Source: a phage. From it: a stretch of DNA of 64,000 nucleotides. The stretch is taken from the sequence record NC_101837.1; one strand, 5' to 3'. The translations under genes were made by a program, and so were the position numbers. Shown here in pieces: positions 27,100 to 36,839 of this stretch; the first letter of the stretch is position 1; each line of letters opens with the position of its first letter. Under the pieces are notes generated by a model. It did no database searches. It was not told where the DNA came from and worked only from the letters and a program-made list of their open reading frames with translations.

Positions 27100-27357
27100 A
27101 TGAAGATTAAATTGAAAAACCTTGAAACGGCAGAGATTCAGGACGGTGTTGATTTCCGTTCTAAAGATGGTGACATCTTAGAGGTAAATATTCCAACCTA
27201 CGAGCTGATTAAAGGTTTTGGCAACGTTCCGGAAGAGGATATTACAGAAATTCTTATGATGTTGATTCTTGACGGAACTGTGTTTGTAGGTGAAGGTGAG
27301 AACGCTATTGCAATCCCAGGCCATTTTTATGAAGTAGTTGACGAAGAGGTGCTGTAA
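27100..27357 (+). CDS. small acidic protein, paralog family A
   Basis: MKIKLKNLE..., C-terminal YEVVDEEVL. Confidence 0.5.
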   Translation: MKIKLKNLETAEIQDGVDFRSKDGDILEVNIPTYELIKGFGNVPEEDITEILMMLILDGTVFVGEGENAIAIPGHFYEVVDEEVL

Positions 27358-27708
27358 ATGAAAGTAGAAATTACCGGTTTTGATGTGAATGTGGTTCCGG
27401 AAGATATTTTAGCTAAACTTCCAGAAGGTTTTGGTAACGGCGTTGTGGTGGATGCTGTTCCTCCTACTAAAGACATTCTGCTGCAGTATGGTGTAGCAGA
27501 GGAAGATGTCGATAAAGTTCTTACAATGATGGCAATCGATCGTGTTGTCGTTGTTAAAGGTCTCGATAATTTTGAGAGTGATCCACTGATTATTCGTGGA
27601 GATGACTACAAAATCATCGATAATGAAGGCCAAGAGTTCTATGAGCCTTGTGCAGAAGATATTCTTAACTTATTACTGGAAGCAGGCACCGAAGAGGAGG
27701 ACGAATAA
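27358..27708 (+). CDS. small acidic protein, paralog family A
   Basis: MKVEITGF..., VVVKGLD, acidic tail EEEDE. Confidence 0.5.
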   Translation: MKVEITGFDVNVVPEDILAKLPEGFGNGVVVDAVPPTKDILLQYGVAEEDVDKVLTMMAIDRVVVVKGLDNFESDPLIIRGDDYKIIDNEGQEFYEPCAEDILNLLLEAGTEEEDE

Positions 27709-28037
27709 TGAAGATTGACCCGTTACTGAAGGCTCGTGCAGAAAAAGCGTACACCATTAAGTTGACCAACTTGGTTCCTACTTGTCATCCGGATGTAGGT
27801 TGGCCCGAAGGTTTGGTGGAGGGAACTGTAACAGCTGCATACCTTCCTAACATCAAATACCTCATGGAAATCTTGGAGCTGGATGAGGAAACGGCAGAAG
27901 AGTTCCAGTTGGACATGAAACAAAGTGGGACTCTGGTTATTCACGGGTGGTACAATACTAAAGATGCAGAAGACCCTCTGGTAACTTCTAATCTGGCATA
28001 TGAAATCTTAGGGCCTTTGAACCTGGAGGAAGACTAA
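27708..28037 (+). CDS. small acidic protein
   Basis: 109 aa, acidic C-terminus, coupled start. Confidence 0.45.
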   Translation: MKIDPLLKARAEKAYTIKLTNLVPTCHPDVGWPEGLVEGTVTAAYLPNIKYLMEILELDEETAEEFQLDMKQSGTLVIHGWYNTKDAEDPLVTSNLAYEILGPLNLEED

Positions 28038-28324
28038 TGAAAGATCTGGTTAAGATTAAGATTAAAGATACCAATGGAGAACTCAGCCATTTTGGAATTA
28101 ATGATGGTGACGAGCTGATCGCACACCTGCCTACCAAGGAAGTTGTAAGCAAAGCAGTTGCCGGAGAAGAAGATGCAATGCAGGCTGCAGGTGTGGATGA
28201 AAACTATGTAGCTATGTGCATGTGCCGAGATCAGGTTGTTCTGTATAAAGCGTATCGACCAAACGGAGCCACGGAGTGGCTTGTATTCCGACCAGAAGGA
28301 TATGAAATCTTAGAGGCACTATGA
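28037..28324 (+). CDS. small acidic protein, paralog family A
   Basis: MKDLVKIKIK..., C-terminal GYEILEAL. Confidence 0.5.
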   Translation: MKDLVKIKIKDTNGELSHFGINDGDELIAHLPTKEVVSKAVAGEEDAMQAAGVDENYVAMCMCRDQVVLYKAYRPNGATEWLVFRPEGYEILEAL

Positions 28325-28413
28325 TAAATCTTGCCAAGGTTGCAACGGCACTATTAATTATTTGCTGGTCAGTAACCTTAACACTGTGTCTTGTATTTCA
28401 GTAAGGTGCTTAT

Positions 28414-28677
28414 ATGAACATCCTGATGTGGGTTGTAGCAGTGGCGTTTGTTGCATGTTTTTGCTGCTGGGTTGCGGTGAGGATTTCTGTAGCTACCCTT
28501 CGGAAGTTGGGGTTCTCAGAGTGGGATATTAATATCCTTTCTTTTCGCAATGAAACAATCTCAGCCGCCCTACTCTGTAAGAAATTCAAGTGGGAACCTT
28601 GTGAGGTCATGAACTATCTAAGAACGGGTGATATACCTGAAAGATTTAAAAAAGTTCTTGACGGCAATGATAAATGA
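28414..28677 (+). CDS. small membrane protein
   Basis: N-terminal MNILMWVVAVAFVACFCCWVAV TM helix. Confidence 0.4.
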   Translation: MNILMWVVAVAFVACFCCWVAVRISVATLRKLGFSEWDINILSFRNETISAALLCKKFKWEPCEVMNYLRTGDIPERFKKVLDGNDK

Positions 28678-28705
28678 TAGTATAGTGACTAACAAGAGGT
28701 GAGGA

Positions 28706-28843
28706 ATGACTGATTTTACTGAAGCTTTAATGATGGCCTTGTCTGTTTTAGCGCTATCGGTGTGTTTTGGGGCGTTATTCACATCTCTGGTTAAAGTTTT
28801 ACATACAGTATTATTACCCAAGGAGCGCAGTAATGACGAAGAT
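28706..28843 (+). CDS. 45-aa hydrophobic micro-protein (not in ORF track)
   Basis: ATG after AAGAGGTGAGG RBS; TM helix ALMMALSVLALSVCFGALF. Confidence 0.3.
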
Positions 28844-29084
28844 TGACTTAAATGCTGGAGACCATGTTGTTGTCAAATGCATCGGAGATTATCTTGGATT
28901 CACAATCGGCAATACTTACGAGGCGGTAGTGGCGAAGGTTTACCATGATAAAGTCCTCAGTCTTGTATTTGACTGCGATGATGATGGGGATGACCGATAC
29001 GTCTGTGAGGTGCTGGCACGAGACGATAGTGAAGACCAGAAATTCCTGGTTATTGAACTGAACGGTATTTTTGTAGAACGTTAA
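28833..29084 (+). CDS. hypothetical acidic protein
   Basis: ATG after AAGGAG RBS (ORF-track 28767 start unlikely). Confidence 0.45.
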   Translation: MTKIDLNAGDHVVVKCIGDYLGFTIGNTYEAVVAKVYHDKVLSLVFDCDDDGDDRYVCEVLARDDSEDQKFLVIELNGIFVER

Positions 29085-29112
29085 TTTAAAACAACATAAG
29101 GAGACTCTTACT

Positions 29113-29418
29113 ATGGCTAAATCTAAAGTTGAACTGTTCACCTCTCTTCCTTCTGACACTGCAGAGCGTGATCGCCTTCGCAAAACAATCGAAGAACTGG
29201 TAGAACTCCAACTTCAGATTAAAGATCTGAAAGATGCCATTAAGGATATCATTCTCGTTGAGAAGCAGGATCACCTGTATTCTCCTAAATTCATCAAATC
29301 TCTGGTGGCTACCGAGTTCGATATTCGCTATGAGGCTGAAAAACGTCGCGCTAAAATCGAAGAAGAGGTTGAGCACATGTCTGAGGCAGACATTCTGTTC
29401 AAACGCTCTGTAGAATAA
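29113..29418 (+). CDS. hypothetical coiled-coil protein
   Basis: 101 aa, AAGGAGA RBS, followed by strong terminator. Confidence 0.5.
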   Translation: MAKSKVELFTSLPSDTAERDRLRKTIEELVELQLQIKDLKDAIKDIILVEKQDHLYSPKFIKSLVATEFDIRYEAEKRRAKIEEEVEHMSEADILFKRSVE

Positions 29419-29423
29419 TGACA

Positions 29424-29452
29424 AAGAGGGGGGCTTGGGCCCCTCTTTTTAC
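29424..29452 (+). terminator. intrinsic terminator
   Basis: AGAGGGG-ggcttgggc-CCCCTCT hairpin followed by TTTT. Confidence 0.7.
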
Positions 29453-29473
29453 TATCTATGAAGGAGATTTGAG

Positions 29474-29800
29474 ATGGGTATGCCGATTACTGTAAAAGAG
29501 CTAAATGAACGTGATGCAGGTGGTCTATGGCCTGCACGAAAAATCCGCTGCGTCTATATGAAAGAGAATCTTGAACATCTTGATCAACAGGTAAAGGTCG
29601 GCGATATTTTCGAGGTCTTCTATTCCAATCGGCGCAACTGGGAAACCATTCAGCCTTCTGGTTTTGTTCTTGCCAAACTTGACACTGGAGAAGTGATTAT
29701 CCCTGGGTTGGATATTGTCTTCGAAATTATCCAAGAGTGGGATCCGGATAAGATTAGATACGAAGAATTATTCGGTAAAGGTATTATCAAACCTGTGTGA
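29474..29800 (+). CDS. hypothetical protein
   Basis: 108 aa, AAGGAGA RBS. Confidence 0.5.
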   Translation: MGMPITVKELNERDAGGLWPARKIRCVYMKENLEHLDQQVKVGDIFEVFYSNRRNWETIQPSGFVLAKLDTGEVIIPGLDIVFEIIQEWDPDKIRYEELFGKGIIKPV

Positions 29801-29808
29801 GGTGGATT

Positions 29809-30108
29809 ATGTCTACAAAGGCGGCTAAATACTCCTATATGCCATCAACCTCTGCAGAGGTAGACTTTAGTTTCGATGTGTTTCCACTGTTTGAGGTGAT
29901 TCTGGCATACCCAACAATACTATCTACTCCTGAATCACTTGTACCTGTTAAGTTGCAGAACGCTATGCATTCTATGCACTACAACAATAAATGTAGGCAC
30001 AGATGGTGTCAGGACGAGGAAAAAGATTTGGATAGTTTGAGGGATTTTGACAGTCACCTTTTGACACCTTTCAGCTACTCCAACCTTGATAAGCCCTCAT
30101 GGGTATAG
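29809..30108 (+). CDS. hypothetical protein
   Basis: ATG after GAGGTGG RBS. Confidence 0.4.
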   Translation: MSTKAAKYSYMPSTSAEVDFSFDVFPLFEVILAYPTILSTPESLVPVKLQNAMHSMHYNNKCRHRWCQDEEKDLDSLRDFDSHLLTPFSYSNLDKPSWV

Positions 30109-30132
30109 CAAAATATCAAATTTAAGACACCT

Positions 30133-30159
30133 AGGACGCTCTGTGGCGTCCTTTTCTTT
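30133..30159 (+). terminator. intrinsic terminator
   Basis: AGGACGC-tctgtg-GCGTCCT hairpin followed by TTTCTTT. Confidence 0.65.
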
Positions 30160-30321
30160 ATCTGGTGCACGATTGCATACCTTGGACAGATAATCTCGTT
30201 ACAGAGCGTTTAAGAGCTTTCTACAAACAAGTCTCTCTTTCGAGCGTAGCGAGAACGCACGTCCGTTTTGACCCAAATCACCATACGCTCGGATTTTAAC
30301 CAAACCCTCGCGGCGTTTCTG

Positions 30322-30350
30322 TTGACACATTACCGCTCTCGTGATAGTAT
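30322..30350 (+). promoter_or_regulatory. sigma70-like promoter
   Basis: TTGACA-17 nt-TAGTAT. Confidence 0.5.
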
Positions 30351-30468
30351 CCACACATCGTTTGGAGAATATGGGATACACAATGAGAACATTGTCTGAA
30401 GTTTTAGTGGTGATCCTGATGATTATTACGTCCATAGCGGCTGTTGCCGGAATACTCACAGGTGGAAC

Positions 30469-30681
30469 ATGATCAACACACATGCATCTGAAGAGACATC
30501 CAAAGGAGTGACCATATGTCCATTGGCTGAGCCAGTGAAAGGGGAAAACTTCGATTCTGAAGATTCTCCATCTTCGCTCCAGGTAGATCCTGAGGCTGAT
30601 GACTTGACGTGGGGAGACATCGTAGATATCTGGTTCTCTATTATGCCTGAGCACGAAGAGTTCAGAGGTGGTAGACTATGA
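30469..30681 (+). CDS. hypothetical acidic protein
   Basis: 70 aa, AGGTGG RBS. Confidence 0.4.
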   Translation: MINTHASEETSKGVTICPLAEPVKGENFDSEDSPSSLQVDPEADDLTWGDIVDIWFSIMPEHEEFRGGRL

Positions 30682-30803
30682 AGCACCGAGCCCACACAGG
30701 TTCCTCATGCTAAAGCATGGCCTGAAGAGGCAAACGTGCATAATTCCAGCGTATTGGAACGCATAAAACCCTGTTCACACTCTCATTTTCCAGAGGAGAT
30801 TTC

Positions 30804-31019
30804 ATGAAGATAGAAATATTTGGTGGGGCTGACAACACTCGTGGCCTGATTTACCTTGAATTCGATGAATCATACCTGCCAGAGGTGTTAAATATAGACT
30901 CTGTTGCTGAGGCTTTGGGAGTAAACCCTAAAGAACTCCACTCTTGTGCTGAGATCGATGGTTGGGAAGAGACCATGAACATTGATTTCAGTGAAGTAGA
31001 GGATGAACCGCTGGACTGA
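30804..31019 (+). CDS. small acidic protein, family A-like; last plus-strand gene before the non-coding region
   Basis: MKIEIFGG..., acidic C-terminus EVEDEPLD. Confidence 0.45.
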   Translation: MKIEIFGGADNTRGLIYLEFDESYLPEVLNIDSVAEALGVNPKELHSCAEIDGWEETMNIDFSEVEDEPLD

Positions 31020-32549
31020 CACACAATTAGCTGCCCGGCTAAAGTGCTGGAAGCACCTATAACACATCTTTCAACTAAATTTCCTACCACCACAATCACT
31101 TACCTCCCACACATGACTGTTTGCTTGTTTAGTGAGCAGTCATGCCTTGACATTCTTGCCTATCTTGATAAAATTAAGTTCTTCTCTTTTCTTTTACCGA
31201 GTAATTCGGGTTTTCTGTTCTCTTCGGTTTGAAGGGGTATGGAGATACACCTGAGTGAACAGGGTGAACAACCGAACCTTTGGCTATGGCATTAGCATGG
31301 CGAAGCGGACGGGTGACGAAAGAGGGGCCGGAGGACACCAGTCACTGCCATATGATATATGGGTGATAACCTGAAGAGTCTGAATAAGTGTTTAAGTACC
31401 AGTCAGAGGAAAAGGTGAATGGTAGCCGAAGGGGGATGGGGGGTTTCTTGTATCTTTAATTTGTATATTATGTATACACTTGTAAACCAATCTCATCTGA
31501 ATCTGTTTACCACACAAAGCGGATAGAGACAAATATCACCTATTAAACTTGAATTATTTATAGAAAATACCACAACACCAATTAAGTCTTTGATTTTAAA
31601 CACAAATCCTACAGATATTCAACCTCCATATTTAACATACTCGTAACATATTCCATACTCTACCTGTCTGATCAATTTACCCAACTACATCCCCATATTT
31701 TCCCTGTCTGTACTACCCCATCCCCGCCGGGAGTCCCGTCATATCTGGCTTTCCAGCAAATATCACACCCACAAATATCATTGCCTGAAGAGGGTTTCAT
31801 CCCATAATACATGCCTTACATGAAGAGCGCTTCATACACCACGTAAATTTTTTAATTGACCTCCCCGCCGCCGGAGAGGTTGGCTTTTCCCCACACAGAC
31901 CTGAAGAGTCAGCCAGAAATATCTGAACAGGTCCAGTTCTGCCTTGTCATGAGCCGTAGCGACTGGAGTGCTGCCAGGCGGACGGAATGGGAATACTTCT
32001 CATTCTTATAATAATTCTCAAATATCGAGGCAGTGAGGCAAATTAATAGGTGAGGCCGTTCACACAGTGGCACAACATTTGCAATCTATTTTGTGGGGGT
32101 GAATGAGAATACCTATCATTGTGAGAACTGTTATCATTACGGGCAATTTAACATAATACCCATTATGCGCACCACTGGCGATCCATACAGGGATTGATAA
32201 CATGAGTTACAGTTTACGCATATAACAATCATATTTCTTACTATTTGTGTGGGATATAGTTAGCAGCCGATAGATTAGATATTGACCTGTGGACTTCCAA
32301 CCGTCTAGACGTCTAAACGCCCACACAACAAGGATTATACATACATTACTGAATGTAAACAGGGCCGCAAAAATGCTACCATACCAGTTTGTAAATTTTT
32401 CATGCAGCACTTGACAAAGAGAGGAAAAACTTGTCTGACATGCTGGGCATACTTCACACCTTAAACATACTCAACACTGGATACAATAACAATTGTTACT
32501 ATTGCATGCCTCACTGTTCACGTATAGACTATTTGCTCAAAAATGATAA

Positions 32550-32569
32550 GCCATGCCATTCGTTTGCAT
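32550..32569. repeat. 20-bp direct repeat, copy 1 (GCCATGCCATTCGTTTGCAT)
   Basis: Exact 20-mer repeated at 32822-32841. Confidence 0.7.
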
Positions 32570-32654
32570 GATAACAATAACGATCAACAACAATAAAGAC
32601 TGAAATGATAACGTTGTTGATTTGACTGACTAACAATTAACAGGCTAATAATCT

Positions 32655-32798
32655 ATGACATAATATAAAAGCAGGGCAACTATTAGCAGATCTATAGTTG
32701 CCTTGCTTGTTATGTCATGATTAACTAAATACAAGGCAACTATGATCTGATTAATAGTTTGCAGACAAACTATCACGGGGGTGATGGTTACTGCTTTT
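32655..32798. repeat. iteron-like cluster bracketed by an 18-bp inverted repeat
   Basis: ATGACATAATATAAAAGCAG ... CTGCTTTTATATTATGTC arms enclose at least 5 copies of GGCAACTAT / ATAGTT(T)GCC in both orientations. Confidence 0.65.
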
Positions 32799-32821
32799 AT
32801 ATTATGTCGCGACTCCGTCGC

Positions 32822-32841
32822 GCCATGCCATTCGTTTGCAT
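32822..32841. repeat. 20-bp direct repeat, copy 2
   Basis: Identical to 32550-32569; followed by a further ATAGTTGCC copy. Confidence 0.7.
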
Positions 32842-33502
32842 AGTTGCCTTATTGTTACAGATAAAATAATTGTATTGTTAATTATTTCTTATCTTTCTAT
32901 TAGTCATCTAATGATTCCAGTTAGTATAGTAACGTACAGTAAACATTAGACGACTAAAGATTTCTCTGATTATGATAACTTGCCGTGACAATTTCAGACT
33001 GTTTACGAAAAATGTTGACACCTGAGCTGATTTATGTTATGCAATTTAAACGAATAATTATTTTATGCAGGTATTGACTATTCTGTTATCCTATGGTCGG
33101 AATAAATACTTAGCAGGCTATAGAATGGTGAGCGTACGTAAATTCTGAGATCTGTCGGCTATAGTTATACTCGATTTTTCACGTAGAACACGCTTTTTGG
33201 TTTGTGTAAGTGTATGACTTATAAAGATTTTTAGTTGTTGACAAGATATTGAAGATGTGCATCAGGTTAAATTTTGTGCAATAGCTGCATTACGTGCAAT
33301 TTTGGAAGGAAAACGGGTAAAAATAGCACCGCTACCACACAATGAAAGGTTATGCAATAGTTATTTTACATGTATATTTGTACAGTGTGTGGGATTGATG
33401 GCTCGTCAATTATTCCACTTGCCAGGTAGGGCCGTTTATGGTAGGGAGGAAGAGCAGACAAAAAGAAAGGGACCTAAGCCCCTTGATAATTCAGTTAAAA
33501 AA

Positions 33503-33922
33503 TTATAATGATTCGTATATTTCAAAAATCCGATTTGCCAGGTCGTTACGGTACCGGAATTTTTCATCACGTTTGATCATAAGATCTTTATAGCCGTACT
33601 CTTTAAGCACTTCATTAACTTTATGGCGGCACACCTTCATATTATCCTGAGCGTCACCAATAAACCTGTTGCTATGGTGCATGGCTTTAATTTCTTCTTC
33701 CAGGACCAGGGCAACTATGCGGACCGGATCAAGCTGATAGGCGGTAACATCCATGCGGCATTGTAAACGGCTTTTTACGTCTGCCACCGGATATACTGCA
33801 ACCTCTTCCCCGTCAACATTGACAATAATTAGTTTACCATCGATTTCGAATCCTTTCGCCGCCGGACCGTGACAAAAAGCGTTATCAAAGCTATATGCCG
33901 GATTATTAGATTTAATGTTCAT
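33503..33922 (-). CDS. hypothetical protein
   Basis: 139 aa, AAGAGG RBS. Confidence 0.5.
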   Translation of the reverse strand: MNIKSNNPAYSFDNAFCHGPAAKGFEIDGKLIIVNVDGEEVAVYPVADVKSRLQCRMDVTAYQLDPVRIVALVLEEEIKAMHHSNRFIGDAQDNMKVCRHKVNEVLKEYGYKDLMIKRDEKFRYRNDLANRIFEIYESL

Positions 33923-34065
33923 GGTGTTTTTACCTCTTAGTTAATTTTCTTACAACTTCCCTTCAAAAAAGAATATAGCAAAACTGCCGATCCCTGTCAA
34001 CCAGGGATAGCATAATTTTTATGTGATCAAGGGGCTTTAAGCCCCTGACCGTGCACCTTGTTGTA

Positions 34066-34329
34066 TTATTTGTTGCTCATCCAGTTTTCCCAAGCTGCCT
34101 GATAATCTGCCTCACTACGGCGGATCTCTTCTTGCTCTTCAAGTCGGATCTCTTCTTCCAGGTACCCCAAGATGTCAGCCTTTTTGGTCTGGCGTAGCAT
34201 CCAGTCATCTTTTTTGCGAGTGAAGATCTTATAAGCTTTCTCGCAAACCTCTTTTTTGCTACCTTTCTGGACTTCAAGAACACGATAAGCCATATATTGA
34301 ACTAATTTGAGCTGATCAAGGCGTTTCAT
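34066..34329 (-). CDS. hypothetical charged protein
   Basis: 87 aa, AAGAGG RBS. Confidence 0.5.
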   Translation of the reverse strand: MKRLDQLKLVQYMAYRVLEVQKGSKKEVCEKAYKIFTRKKDDWMLRQTKKADILGYLEEEIRLEEQEEIRRSEADYQAAWENWMSNK

Positions 34330-34391
34330 GATGTTTTTCCTCTTTATGTGGTTTTTGTTTAGTGGGCCTTTTGGCCCGTGTCATTATCTTA

Positions 34392-34664
34392 TTACTTACG
34401 GCGGCAGAATTCAAGCGTTTTTAATTGATAATCTTCCTCAGCCTGGAGTACAACCGCCTCGATCATTTCGTTGGCATTGTTGAAGCCATATCCTTTAGCG
34501 AATTCATCCGCACCACCTTCGTGATCATGTTCTGCGTTCATCGCTTCCACGAAATGGAATTCAAGATTATTGAGATAAGGGCTTGATGTTCCGTCCTCTT
34601 TTTCGATGAGATCCCAAATAGCATTGAAACGTGATTCAACTTCTTGGTTAATCCAGCTTAACAT
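34392..34664 (-). CDS. hypothetical acidic protein (start at internal Met with RBS)
   Basis: GAGAGG RBS before MLSWINQ... Confidence 0.5.
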   Translation of the reverse strand: MLSWINQEVESRFNAIWDLIEKEDGTSSPYLNNLEFHFVEAMNAEHDHEGGADEFAKGYGFNNANEMIEAVVLQAEEDYQLKTLEFCRRK

Positions 34665-34767
34665 GGCGTTTTCCTCTCTTCCGGTTGTTGTGTGGGCGCT
34701 TTTGCCCCCTTCGAGATAAATGCTACCCCACCACCTGGCAGATGTCAACGGTTTTTATAGTTTTTAT

Positions 34768-34815
34768 ATAGCAGGCACACCCGGTGATTGTCTCCCCCCC
34801 GTCGCCAGGTGCCTG
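34768..34815. repeat. GC-rich ~48-nt intergenic element (inverted copy of the 43723-43772 element)
   Basis: GCAGGCAC...CCGGTGATTGTCTCCCCC...GGTGCCTGC; reverse complement matches CGGCAGGCACC...GACGGGGGAGACAA.CACC at 43723. Confidence 0.55.
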
Positions 34816-34877
34816 CCGTGAAACAAGTATAACAAAAAACAGGACCATTGCAAGCCCTGTTTTGTAGTTTATAAGGA

Positions 34878-35069
34878 TTATATTTTTTCGCCTATGTAGT
34901 CCGGTCGGTTTTTCTCTGTCATGCGCTTTAGCAATTCTTGCATGTTACTTATGGCTTGTAGTGTATCCCCTTCCAGGCTTGAATCGACATAATCAGGATC
35001 GTCTATGACCTTTCTATGATTATGATAACGCAGTACCGCCAATACCTTTCTAACTTGTTCGATATTCAT
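34878..35069 (-). CDS. hypothetical small protein
   Basis: 63 aa. Confidence 0.45.
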   Translation of the reverse strand: MNIEQVRKVLAVLRYHNHRKVIDDPDYVDSSLEGDTLQAISNMQELLKRMTEKNRPDYIGEKI

Positions 35070-35081
35070 TTTTACCGCTCT

Positions 35082-35216
35082 TTAAAACAAGGTGCCAACC
35101 GTTTCCAATAGATCACTGACTACCAGGACAATACCGATCAGCACATACCTAACCATAAGGAGAAAGAGCGCCAGCGATCCCGCCACAATCCCCAAGGTGA
35201 TGATTATCTTTCTCAT
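35082..35216 (-). CDS. 44-aa hydrophobic micro-protein (not in ORF track)
   Basis: MRKIIITLGIVAGSLALFLLMVRYVLIGIVLVV; start 2 nt after upstream stop. Confidence 0.4.
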   Translation of the reverse strand: MRKIIITLGIVAGSLALFLLMVRYVLIGIVLVVSDLLETVGTLF

Positions 35217-35218
35217 GG

Positions 35219-35503
35219 TTAACGGTTTACGTAAGTTTTCCCGTTTACGGTGATGGGCAGATCCTCCAGGTCTGGATCTTCCTTAAGGTCGCGAGCAAGT
35301 TCACCGCACCGGACACCCTCGAATCCGTAGTACTCTGTCGTGCCGTCCTTAAAAGTTTTAGCGGCAAGGCATAAGCGATAAGTAACCCCGATTCGATTGA
35401 CGGCATGAATATCCGTTAGATTAACCTCTTTTGCCAGCTCTTTAGCCATTACAGGCGCATTAAGTCCAACAACCAGGGCAACCACTGCGATCATCTTTTT
35501 CAT
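35219..35503 (-). CDS. small secreted/periplasmic protein
   Basis: N-terminal signal peptide MKKMIAVVALVVGLNAPVMA-KE, AGAGGA RBS. Confidence 0.5.
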   Translation of the reverse strand: MKKMIAVVALVVGLNAPVMAKELAKEVNLTDIHAVNRIGVTYRLCLAAKTFKDGTTEYYGFEGVRCGELARDLKEDPDLEDLPITVNGKTYVNR

Positions 35504-35594
35504 TGTGTCTATCCTCTTTCTGCTACGTTTAAGGCGGCGGTAACCGCCTGTTTATGCTTTGTTGGTTAATTTTCGGGTATCGGTATAAATTAAA

Positions 35595-35810
35595 CTATGC
35601 TGTACGCTCAACTATAACAACGGTTTGAGGGATCTCACCTTCCACCACTATCAAGGCCTTTTTCTGCGTGATGGATATCTTTACCCGTTGCAGCGTGGCG
35701 GTGAAGTCTTTCATTTCGTCACGTGGTGTTTTAGTGCAATACCAGATCTCAGGCTTGCCGATCTGTAAGTTGCGTAAAAATTCCGTTTTGCCTGTTTTGT
35801 TAGTGATCAT
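35595..35810 (-). CDS. hypothetical small protein
   Basis: 71 aa, GGGTGAGG RBS. Confidence 0.45.
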   Translation of the reverse strand: MITNKTGKTEFLRNLQIGKPEIWYCTKTPRDEMKDFTATLQRVKISITQKKALIVVEGEIPQTVVIVERTA

Positions 35811-35819
35811 TTGCCAACC

Positions 35820-35924
35820 TCACCCGATACCGTTGGAAGACAAGATCACATTAGCCATGGTTGCAATCAGGCCAATACCCAGGGCAATAACCAGGATCAC
35901 CGCATCAATTAATTTCTGTTTCAT
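35820..35924 (-). CDS. 34-aa hydrophobic micro-protein (not in ORF track)
   Basis: MKQKLIDAVILVIALGIGLIATMANVIL...; GAGGAAAAC RBS. Confidence 0.4.
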   Translation of the reverse strand: MKQKLIDAVILVIALGIGLIATMANVILSSNGIG

Positions 35925-36014
35925 TTTGTTTTCCTCTTCTTGTTCCAGGTGGCGGACCATTCCACCGCCTTATGTATTATGCTTTGTAAGATGGTTGTTT
36001 GTTTTCAAACTATT

Positions 36015-36194
36015 TTAACGATAATCATCGTACGCTTTATTAACCTGGCGAATATAACATTCAAAAGCCAGATCAATAGATTTATATTCACGGATATACT
36101 CACCATAGGAAACCACATACATTTCTATAGCTTCCTCATATGCGAGGAGAATAGAATCCAAGCCTACGATCTCAGTCTTTGCAATAATAGCCAT
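36015..36194 (-). CDS. 59-aa hypothetical protein (below ORF-track cutoff)
   Basis: ATG after AAGAGGA RBS. Confidence 0.4.
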   Translation of the reverse strand: MAIIAKTEIVGLDSILLAYEEAIEMYVVSYGEYIREYKSIDLAFECYIRQVNKAYDDYR

Positions 36195-36265
36195 GATTTT
36201 TATCCTCTTTGTGGTTGGTGGGGCTTGCCCCTTTGATTTATATACTACAGTCTTATATGGTCATG

Positions 36266-36499
36266 TCAACTATTTTCAAAAAATTTTTCTGCTGTGATAT
36301 TTTTCCCGGTAGGGTTCGCTACTTTCAAAATTTTATCATGCACTGGACGCCCAAAAGAATAAGCGCCGTACACAGTACACCAATAATCGCCGTCAGGCTG
36401 TACTATTACCGCCGCATAGGGTACGCCTTTTTCGTTTTTGCTGACAAAATAGATCACGTTGCCATTAATAGCCTCGGCGCGTTTAATTTGTTCCATCAT
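36266..36499 (-). CDS. hypothetical small protein
   Basis: 77 aa. Confidence 0.5.
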   Translation of the reverse strand: MMEQIKRAEAINGNVIYFVSKNEKGVPYAAVIVQPDGDYWCTVYGAYSFGRPVHDKILKVANPTGKNITAEKFFENS

Positions 36500-36554
36500 G
36501 ATGATTTGCCTCTCTTTATTTTCATAATTGGGGGCCTTTTCGGCCCCGCCAGGT

Positions 36555-36839
36555 TTATTTGTTGATAGCGTGCAGCGGGAAAGGTACGCCAGGTTGATAG
36601 ATAACTTTTACAACCTCATCAGGGCAAAAGAAATTACAAAATTCACCCTGATAAGCCTCATCCTCTTTTAATTCTTCATCAACATACTGGAAAAAGTAGT
36701 CAATGCTTGGATAATCCTGACCGGGATTATATTCAACCATGGTTAATAACAATTCTTGATCATTCCGTATGATATGCATACCAGCTTTTAAGTATTTGGC
36801 TTCCATTTCTACTACATCGCCAACGGTAACAATAGCCAT
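36555..36839 (-). CDS. hypothetical acidic protein
   Basis: 94 aa, TAGGAG RBS. Confidence 0.5.
   Translation of the reverse strand: MAIVTVGDVVEMEAKYLKAGMHIIRNDQELLLTMVEYNPGQDYPSIDYFFQYVDEELKEDEAYQGEFCNFFCPDEVVKVIYQPGVPFPLHAINK

Noticed and set aside
30199-30654. 151-aa minus-strand ORF at the end of the plus-strand block
   Set aside because: Overlaps a plus-strand promoter and RBS-supported plus-strand genes; no Shine-Dalgarno; treated as antisense artefact.
31020-33256. tRNA genes in the large non-coding region
   Set aside because: Scanned by eye for T-loop-like GGTTCGA/GTTCAA cores with an acceptor-stem partner ~70 nt upstream and found none; a tRNAscan run would be needed to exclude this fully.
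33257-33508. 83-aa plus-strand ORF at the edge of the non-coding region
   Set aside because: No RBS, runs into the stop region of the converging minus-strand gene; low confidence.
35668-36565. Plus-strand ORFs 35668-36018, 35940-36236 and 36209-36565
   Set aside because: Antisense to well-supported minus-strand genes with RBS, low-complexity hydrophobic translations and no RBS of their own; likely spurious.
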